Positions 18,469 through 24,932 of a DNA stretch of 64,000 bases are shown one piece after another. Location: IMG/VR virus record IMGVR_UViG_3300033170_000307, one strand, 5' to 3'. Origin of the DNA: an uncultured virus (IMG/VR IMGVR_UViG_3300033170_000307). Its lineage: Duplodnaviria; Heunggongvirae; Uroviricota; Caudoviricetes. A model generated the notes under the pieces. It searched no databases and was not told the DNA's origin. It worked only from the letters and a program-made list of their open reading frames with translations. Within the stretch, counting starts at the first letter, position 1. Each line of letters starts with the position of its first letter. Position numbers and translations under genes: made by a program.

Positions 18469-19945
18469 AGCTATCGTAGATGGGCTTGTCGCCCCGCAGG
18501 ATGCGGCCGATGTCGTGAATGGTCACCGCGTTGGCCAGCGCTTTGACCATGCCCAGCACGATGACGTGCGGGTAGTTGTCGGTCTCGATGGAGGTGGTTT
18601 CCCGCAGGCGTTCGTGGACCCAGCGCGCAGCAGGTAGGTCCAACCACTCCTGCTCGGCGTCTACCGTCAGAGGTCTGCCAGCCATGGTCATGGCCTGCAT
18701 CATCCAATCCCAGTAGACCAGCACTTCTTCCGATGGGCTGAGCTTGGTGTTGAACCACGAGTAGATGTAGGGCAGCTCGACTGGTAGGCGGAAGCCCCAC
18801 AGCGCTTCCTGCTGCGCGACATAGCTGGACATCGGCGCCCAGAACCCCGTCTGCTCGTAGGGGTTGAGCGGCCGCGACTTCTTCAATGAGCCAGGCAGAG
18901 CGGCGAGCTTCTTGTCGGAGTAGTTTCCTCCGAGCCAACCCATGCTGCATTGCACGACTGCTTCGGTGACGCCGGGGACATACTTGCTGTCATGCGGCCA
19001 TGACGGGCCGTAGATGTTGGTGCTGATGATACCTGAGCCGTCAGTGGAGAGACCGAGCGAGCCGCCCAGTTCAAGCCAGGGCCGGCCGGTCTCCATGGCC
19101 CCGGCCACCAGAGTACGCGCATCGTCCAGCTTGCCCACCCAGGGCGGCGTGGACAACTGCTGCGGCAGGGGGATAGAAAGTCCTCCCGGAGCCCCGGTCG
19201 CCGCCAGCGCTTCCAGGTTGCCCACGGCCCGCTCCCGCTCGATGCCCTGCGGGTCAGCCGCCATCATGTGGATTGGCTGAACCTCGGCGAGACTGGCCGG
19301 GGACGCCGGCACGCCTACGGTCTGCGGGACAAGAGCCGGAGGGATTGGCTGGAGCGTGCGAGGGTCGCACACCTGCTCCTGGGGGTTCACCGGCCAGCCG
19401 TCGTCGTTCCGCCGCCAACCCGGAGGCAGTTGCTCTTGGGGCGGGATGTTGGCCCCAGTCACCATGCGCTCATACGCGCTCTTCTCGGGCACAGTGATGC
19501 CGGGTATGACAGTCGGGAAGAGCTCGGGCGGGGGCGCCACTTGTTGCGGGTGGACGCGGCTGCGCATCTTGTGCGTACCCAGCAGCTCTTCTACCGCCGC
19601 AGGGTTCAGCCGCACCGTCAGCACCCGGTCGGCGCTCCCGCAGCCTTTGCAGGGGAACGCCCGGCCCCGCTTGTAGGCGGCTATCTCGCGGTAGCACGAT
19701 GCGCACCTGTACCAGCAACCATCAATGAGCCGGTCGCGGCGCAGGAGCTTGATGCGCTGAGCCAACCCCAGCCGCGCAGAGTTCTCGGTACCGGCCGCTT
19801 CCTTGTTGCCAACCTCGGCAAAGCGGGCGGGGTCTGTCACCGCGACCTCGATGTTGCGAAGGGGAAGGTCCTGCTCAGACCACTCCTTGGTCAGCCAGAA
19901 GAAGGAAGCCAGCGCCAAAGGGGAGGACGCCCAGAAGGTTCTCAT
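18461..19945 (-). CDS. Hypothetical protein with N-terminal zinc ribbon and Pro-rich linker
   Basis: CASC...CKGC motif; ATGA overlap with the upstream gene. Confidence 0.65.
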   Translation of the reverse strand: MRTFWASSPLALASFFWLTKEWSEQDLPLRNIEVAVTDPARFAEVGNKEAAGTENSARLGLAQRIKLLRRDRLIDGCWYRCASCYREIAAYKRGRAFPCKGCGSADRVLTVRLNPAAVEELLGTHKMRSRVHPQQVAPPPELFPTVIPGITVPEKSAYERMVTGANIPPQEQLPPGWRRNDDGWPVNPQEQVCDPRTLQPIPPALVPQTVGVPASPASLAEVQPIHMMAADPQGIERERAVGNLEALAATGAPGGLSIPLPQQLSTPPWVGKLDDARTLVAGAMETGRPWLELGGSLGLSTDGSGIISTNIYGPSWPHDSKYVPGVTEAVVQCSMGWLGGNYSDKKLAALPGSLKKSRPLNPYEQTGFWAPMSSYVAQQEALWGFRLPVELPYIYSWFNTKLSPSEEVLVYWDWMMQAMTMAGRPLTVDAEQEWLDLPAARWVHERLRETTSIETDNYPHVIVLGMVKALANAVTIHDIGRILRGDKPIYDSYD

Positions 19946-20391
19946 GCCTGGTGTTGTGAGCGGACCCGCAGCGCCAATTCGCAGAACACGCCCGCCTGCG
20001 GGACATTGATGGCCGCCGTCAGGATGTTCTGGATGGCCCGCTCCTCCTTGGCCGTGAGCTCGATGTCCTCGTATGCTATAGCCAGCTCACTGATGCCCCG
20101 CTTCCGGGCGGGGGCCAGCGTGGCCAAGTCGCTCCTGTGGTCAGCATGCAACGCTGCCAGGAGTTTGGCCACCAGGCTCGCCAGCTTCCTGACCCTGCCG
20201 GCCGGGAGCGCCATCTTCAACAGAGCGAAGATGGCCTTGGCGAGCTTCCTGGCATCCGCGTCTCCCCGTGCTTTGCCGAACACGCGGCGCAGCACTTGCT
20301 GGATGACCAGGCCGAGCGCGACCCCGCCGAGCGTGGCGCAGCCGGCGATGTAGGTGGGAACGGTCGGGGGAATGTCTGGGATGAATGGCAT
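19942..20391 (-). CDS. Hypothetical protein with one predicted TM helix
   Basis: AGGAGG RBS and promoter upstream of ATG 20391; hydrophobic YIAGCATLGGVALGLVI. Confidence 0.65.
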   Translation of the reverse strand: MPFIPDIPPTVPTYIAGCATLGGVALGLVIQQVLRRVFGKARGDADARKLAKAIFALLKMALPAGRVRKLASLVAKLLAALHADHRSDLATLAPARKRGISELAIAYEDIELTAKEERAIQNILTAAINVPQAGVFCELALRVRSQHQA

Positions 20392-20413
20392 TGGGCTTCC
20401 TCCTTTGGGGCGA

Positions 20414-20442
20414 ACTATACCACAGGGTCGGGTAGGTTGCAA
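20414..20442 (-). promoter_or_regulatory. sigma70-type leftward promoter
   Basis: TTGCAA-17 bp-TATAGT with extended TG, followed by AGGAGG and ATG. Confidence 0.7.
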
Positions 20443-20646
20443 GGGGTTTCTTGGAGATTCTCCGATGAGACTGTTGGGGGGAGCTGGATGGCCTAGTAGG
20501 ATTCTACCTACTACTTCTCGGGATACATCCCAATAAAGAGATTCCTCTAGGTGATTTCTCTTCCAAGTTCCGAGTTTGGACACAATTTAGTGTACAGGTT
20601 TGGCTGGTCATCCTGTACTTTTGGCTCTGTTTGTTGCGTTTTTTTG

Positions 20647-21104
20647 AATGTCTCGTGGGGACATATTAGGTTCTCGGATGGGAGGCCAGCTTTGGGGGTT
20701 AATATGTCTCGTGGGGACATATTACAATGGGGCTCTCCGATTCTTCGGAGAAACGTGCTCAGCCCCTGGGGCTCAGGGGCTTGTTGGGCAGAGAGCATTT
20801 CTGCGTCTATTTATGTATCTTTACGCCACCTGCCCAATCTGGGCGCCCGGACAGGCGTCTTACCAGTTCCTTACCTGATTTTCACAAAATAGCCACGGTA
20901 ATATGTCCCCACGAGACCATTTAGCGTTTTCTTACCATCTTCAATTGGTCCCCAGGAGACATATTAAGCCCGATGGACCCGAGTAGTATGTCTCCGCGAG
21001 ACATATTAGGCTCGGTAATATGTCCCCACGAGACATATTAGGCTCGGTAATATGTCCCCACGAGACATATTAGGCTCGGTAATATGTCCCCACGAGACAT
21101 ATTA
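20647..21104. repeat. Eight copies of a 25-bp imperfect palindrome TAATATGTCYCCACGAGACATATTA; last four in 32-bp tandem
   Basis: Copies at ~20647 and 20700 (both inverted), 20899, 20947, 20984, 21016, 21048 and 21080; constant GGCTCGG linker in the tandem block. Confidence 0.92.
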
Positions 21105-21220
21105 CAAGGCGGGTCGGCCGCAAAAACTTTGACACTACCGCGCCGAGCATGGAATACTTCTCCTGTCCTGTGCCCGCTGGCGGCTCGGAAAGATTCTTGC
21201 AGAAACTTGCAGAAAGGGTC

Positions 21221-21249
21221 TTGACAAGCATCGCCGGCGTCTCTACAAT
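21221..21249 (+). promoter_or_regulatory. Near-consensus sigma70 promoter for the RNA array/Ro60 operon
   Basis: TTGACA (21221-21226)-17 bp-TACAAT (21244-21249). Confidence 0.85.
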
Positions 21250-21278
21250 GCACCTGTCGCACGTGAACCATTACAAAC

Positions 21279-21405
21279 AACCTGGACGTAGTAGTAGGCA
21301 GCGAGTACATCATCTCTGCAATCGGAGCCCCCACGGGGCTTTAGAGGTGTGGCCGCTCAGGCGACCATCGCGTTCCCTCGCTACCGCATCCAATCTCGTC
21401 CGGTT
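21279..21405 (+). ncRNA. Y-RNA-like unit 1
   Basis: GGACG-TAGTAGTA-GGCAGCGAG-TACATCA ... CTCGCTACC-GCATCCAATCT-CGTCC; the ends pair. Confidence 0.7.
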
Positions 21406-21415
21406 CACCGTCTTT

Positions 21416-21592
21416 GGGACGTAGTAGTAGGTGTCGAGTACATCACTCTAAGGTTCGAACCAGTCGAGTACATCACTCTAAGGTTCGAACCATTGGTTCC
21501 CAGACTGTATGGGGAACCGTGCTCCAGTGGGGAGCAACCGCACCCTCAGTGCGGCCGATACACTCTCGGCGCCGCCACCCCGTTCTCGTCCC
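21416..21592 (+). ncRNA. Y-RNA-like unit 2 (30-bp internal duplication, three hairpins)
   Basis: GGGACG-TAGTAGTA-GGTGTCGAG-TACATCA ... CTCGGCGCC-GCCACCCCGTTCT-CGTCCC. Confidence 0.7.
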
Positions 21593-21603
21593 TCAGCTTG
21601 TTC

Positions 21604-21748
21604 ACTGACGTAGTAGCAGGAAACGACTACATCATCACCCTGGTAAGTGAAGGTCGCTGGTTCGAGTCCAGCCCACCGGCAACGCCGGTCGGTAGCTCAG
21701 TTGGTAGAGTAAAACTGTTCGTCGTTTCCGCCATCCATTCTCGTCAGT
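21604..21748 (+). ncRNA. Y-RNA-like unit 3 with circularly permuted tRNA-like domain (YrlA-like)
   Basis: ACTGACG-TAGTAGCA-GGAAACGAC ... GTCGTTTCC-GCCATCCATTCT-CGTCAGT. Interior has a T arm GCTGG-TTCGAGT-CCAGC, a loop-closed acceptor-like stem, then a D arm TAGCTCAGTTGGTAGAG. Confidence 0.85.
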
Positions 21749-21757
21749 AACGCATTT

Positions 21758-21885
21758 GTTCGTAGGCTGTGCTGGCCTATCGGCGTAGTAGTAGGTTGCG
21801 ACTACATCACCCGACTGCTAATCGAGACCGATACCACGTCGCCGCCGCTCCCATCCTCGCCGATGAGCCAGCACAGCCCACGAAC
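21758..21885 (+). ncRNA. Y-RNA-like unit 4 (long outer stem, minimal interior)
   Basis: 21758-21785 pairs with 21858-21885; core GGCG-TAGTAGTA-GGTTGCGAC-TACATCA ... GTCGCCGCC-GCTCCCATCCT-CGCC. Confidence 0.7.
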
Positions 21886-21904
21886 GCAGCAGGTCCCACA
21901 TTGC

Positions 21905-22022
21905 CAAACGTGGTCCTTGCTAGCTGACGACGTAGCAGTAGGCTGCGATTACATCACTCGGTAAGAACGGCAACATCGCCGCCGCTTCTCTTCTCGTCAT
22001 CAGTTAGCAAGGGCCCCGTTTG
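21905..22022 (+). ncRNA. Y-RNA-like unit 5 (long outer stem, minimal interior)
   Basis: 21905-21932 pairs with 21995-22022; core GACG-TAGCAGTA-GGCTGCGAT-TACATCA ... ATCGCCGCC-GCTTCTCTTCT-CGTC. Confidence 0.7.
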
Positions 22023-22043
22023 TGTTAGAGGAAAGGTGATACA

Positions 22044-23777
22044 ATGAAGGCAACAACCACGACGCGCGGCCTGGGCTCAGTAGTCCCGGCCACCAACACC
22101 CGCAACCTGGCCGGGGGACCGGCCTGGGAGCCCCAGACCGATGAGAAGAAGCTCCTGCTCATGACGGCCACGAACTTCGTGGAGGACCGTTACTACCAGC
22201 AGGGCGACCAGCTCATGGACCAGATTCGCGCCATCGTGCACGGCCCGCTGGGCCAGCACCGCCCCGAGTACGTCATGGGGTTGGCGGCCTACCTGCGCAA
22301 TGAGCTGGGCCTCCGTGCCATGCCGGTCTTCCTGACGGCCATGATGGCCACCCACCCGTACTGGAAGCAGACCTTGGCTCCGAAGACGTGCGTCATCGGC
22401 GGCAAGACCGTCAACTGGATGCGCGAGTTCGGGATGAAGGTGTTGCGCCGCGCCGACGAGCCGGCCGAGCTCTTGGCAGCCTACAACATGCTCTCGGGCA
22501 ACAGCGGTGTCATGCCGCGTTCCATGCTGCGTCTCCTGGCCCAGCGCCTGCAGCGCATCACGCAGTACGATGCCATCAAGTACCACGGCCGCTCCCGGTC
22601 CATCGAGATGCGCGACGCCATCCGCATCAGCCGGCCGAAGCCGACTTCGCCGGAGCAGGAAGCACTGTTCGACTGGCTGGTCAACTTCGAGGCCGAGGGC
22701 CGCACGTTCGACATGGCGTGGGCCCAGGAGCGCGGGCTCACCGACGTGGTGAACAAGTTCCGCGTGGACCTGGCTGAGGACATCGAGAGCGTGGCGGACA
22801 TCGCGCGCGGGCCGGCCTGGAACAACATCACGTCCAAGTTCGGGCGCACCAAGGAAGCCTGGACCATGGCTGCGGCTTCAATGCAGCCGATGGCCTACGT
22901 CATGAACATCCGCTCCATCCTGCAGATGACCGACCTGCCGGTAGACCGCGACCGCATCATGGCGGCGGCTGACGGCCTGGTCTTCCCGTACCGCTTCTAC
23001 TCTGCGCGTGAGGCGCTCAAGGCAGCCAGCGGCACCATCACTGGTGGACGCTACCGCGACGCCATCCTGGCGCTGGAGGAAGCCATGGTACGCTCCTGCC
23101 GCAACATCCCGGAGGTTGGCAATGCCCTCATCCTGGTGGATGTGAGCGGTAGCATGGACGAGAAGGTATCGGAGAAGAGCGAACGCTGCCTCCGCGACAT
23201 CGCCGCCCTGTTCGCGGCCGCCATCTACAAGAAGTCCGACCATGCGGACATCATCGCCTACAACAACCGCGCGTTCCGCGTCAATGTGGACCCGTCCTAC
23301 GGTATCGGCGCCATCATGGACGCCATCCCGCAGGCTGGGGGTGCCACGTCGGTCACCAACGCCCTGTACGAAGGAGCCCTGACGGGTAACAAGTACGACA
23401 TGGTGTTCGCGCTGACTGACAACGAGAGCTGGCTGCCGGGCACCCAGCGCGTGCCGCGCAAGCAGGTAGGGGAGACCCGCCCGTGCCAGGCGTACTACCG
23501 GGGCGACACGGTGTTCCAGAGCGAGCCTCTGAAGATGCTCCGGCACCGCAACCCCGGCATGAAGCTGGTCAACGTGTGCCTGGGCGGCTACGGCACCCTG
23601 GACTTCCCGGAGGCCCCGTGGGTCTTGGAGCTCTCCGGCATGAACGACTCCATGTTCAAGCTGCTCGGGGGATGGCGGCGGGATGGTATGGTGAAGGACG
23701 TGGAGGACTACATCAGGAAGGTTGCCACGGCCACCTACAAGGGCCCTGACAACAACGGATGCGGGGAGCCCGGCTAA
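22044..23777 (+). CDS. Ro60/Rsr-family TROVE-vWA RNA-binding protein
   Basis: TRNLAGGPAW, YLRNELGLR, RRADEPAELLA, KY..R..MRDAIRISRPKP, FPYRFY; vWA MIDAS VDVSGSM, GGAT, LTDNE; strong RBS. Confidence 0.92.
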   Translation: MKATTTTRGLGSVVPATNTRNLAGGPAWEPQTDEKKLLLMTATNFVEDRYYQQGDQLMDQIRAIVHGPLGQHRPEYVMGLAAYLRNELGLRAMPVFLTAMMATHPYWKQTLAPKTCVIGGKTVNWMREFGMKVLRRADEPAELLAAYNMLSGNSGVMPRSMLRLLAQRLQRITQYDAIKYHGRSRSIEMRDAIRISRPKPTSPEQEALFDWLVNFEAEGRTFDMAWAQERGLTDVVNKFRVDLAEDIESVADIARGPAWNNITSKFGRTKEAWTMAAASMQPMAYVMNIRSILQMTDLPVDRDRIMAAADGLVFPYRFYSAREALKAASGTITGGRYRDAILALEEAMVRSCRNIPEVGNALILVDVSGSMDEKVSEKSERCLRDIAALFAAAIYKKSDHADIIAYNNRAFRVNVDPSYGIGAIMDAIPQAGGATSVTNALYEGALTGNKYDMVFALTDNESWLPGTQRVPRKQVGETRPCQAYYRGDTVFQSEPLKMLRHRNPGMKLVNVCLGGYGTLDFPEAPWVLELSGMNDSMFKLLGGWRRDGMVKDVEDYIRKVATATYKGPDNNGCGEPG

Positions 23778-23813
23778 GAGCCGGCCGAGTAGCCGACAAC
23801 GAAGCTGACACGA

Positions 23814-23841
23814 CAGGGGCGCCCCAGACGGGGCGCCCCTG
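23814..23841. terminator. Perfect 12-bp GC hairpin between convergent Ro60 and phoH genes
   Basis: CAGGGGCGCCCC-AGAC-GGGGCGCCCCTG. Confidence 0.7.
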
Positions 23842-23848
23842 ATGCTTT

Positions 23849-24697
23849 CTACAGGCGCTCGACCGCAAGCCGAGCCAGCCCGTTGCGGTAGCACTGCTCC
23901 AGTTCGGCGCAGCCGAAGACTGGCTCGCCGAAGAACGCCTTCTTGGCAAGCACGGCGCCGCAGTCGTCCCCGTCGAGCTTGAGCTCGGCATTGTCTATCT
24001 GCGACACGTCGGCCAGCAGGACCAGCTTGGTGCCCTCGCCACAGCGCGTAATCATGGACTTGAGTTCGTGCCGGGTGATGTTCTGCGCCTCATCGAGGAT
24101 GATGTAAGAGCGCCTGAACGTGCGGCCCCGGCAGTAGGGCAGGGCGATGGGCACGACCAGCTCGTCGCGGTCGTCGTAGGGGTTGTAGTCCGGGCGAATC
24201 ACTTCCATGTTCTCCCAGATGGGTTGCACCCATTCGTCCAGCTTCTCGCAGATGGAGCCTGGGAAGAACCCGAGCTCCTTGCTCCCGATGGTGACCAGGG
24301 GCTTGACGTAGAGAATCTCCTCATAGTGACCAGCTTCGCATTGGGCCACTCCGGCCGCCAGAGAGAGCAACGTCTTTCCGCTGCCGGCCGGCCCCGTCAG
24401 CAGGACGCCCTCCAGGTATCGGTCCATGAGCAGGTCCATGGCCAGGCACTGGGTGAGGTCCTTGGGGTGGATGGTGAAGCGCCGGTTGAAGTCGGCTGGC
24501 ACGGGGCGCAGGAAGTCGCCTTTGCGCCGACAGACGACACGGTTCTGTGGGTCGTGCTCGTAGCCGCTGAAGGTCACGGACGCGAACGCGTTCTGGGGGA
24601 TGTCTCCCTCGAAGGGGAAGCCTTGACGCATCTCTTCTGGTTCAGTTGTGGGGGCGGGCACTACGACTACTTCAGGGTGCAGGTTGGGGTTGCTCAT
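23849..24697 (-). CDS. phoH: PhoH-family ATPase
   Basis: GPAGSGKT, ELGFFPG, RGRTF, ILDEAQN, TRCGEGTK, D.SQID. Start uncertain. Confidence 0.92.
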   Translation of the reverse strand: MSNPNLHPEVVVVPAPTTEPEEMRQGFPFEGDIPQNAFASVTFSGYEHDPQNRVVCRRKGDFLRPVPADFNRRFTIHPKDLTQCLAMDLLMDRYLEGVLLTGPAGSGKTLLSLAAGVAQCEAGHYEEILYVKPLVTIGSKELGFFPGSICEKLDEWVQPIWENMEVIRPDYNPYDDRDELVVPIALPYCRGRTFRRSYIILDEAQNITRHELKSMITRCGEGTKLVLLADVSQIDNAELKLDGDDCGAVLAKKAFFGEPVFGCAELEQCYRNGLARLAVERL

Positions 24698-24932
24698 GAA
24701 TCTCACTCCGGGAAAACGGAAAGACGGTGCCAGTGAAACCTGGGCACCGTCTCTCATGGATGAGCAGCACTGGGACACGCATTGAGCTACGTCACCTGGA
24801 TGATTTCCAGGTCTACTGGGTCGTCCGTGTATACGACGTGGGCGTCTGTGAGAGTGGCTGCGCCTCCTGTGGGGGGTGTGGTGTACGGCGCTTCTTCGTC
24901 AAGCGCTTGCATACCTTCGCCTGGCTGTTCCA

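Noticed and set aside
20492..20520. GTAGTAGG-containing hairpin on the minus strand as a sixth Y-RNA-like unit
   Set aside because: Lacks the CGA-N-TACATCA box and the matching 3' strand.
20984..21104. CRISPR array (palindromic 25-bp repeats)
   Set aside because: Linkers are identical and only 7 bp, and there is no cas operon in the window.
21349..21750. 133-aa ORF and other short ORFs over the RNA array and palindrome region
   Set aside because: No recognisable protein features; conservation follows RNA pairing or DNA repeats rather than codons.
21279..22022. CRISPR array or a cluster of true tRNA genes
   Set aside because: Repeats vary with compensatory pairing between the two ends of each unit; tRNA arms are in permuted order and there is no free acceptor end or CCA.
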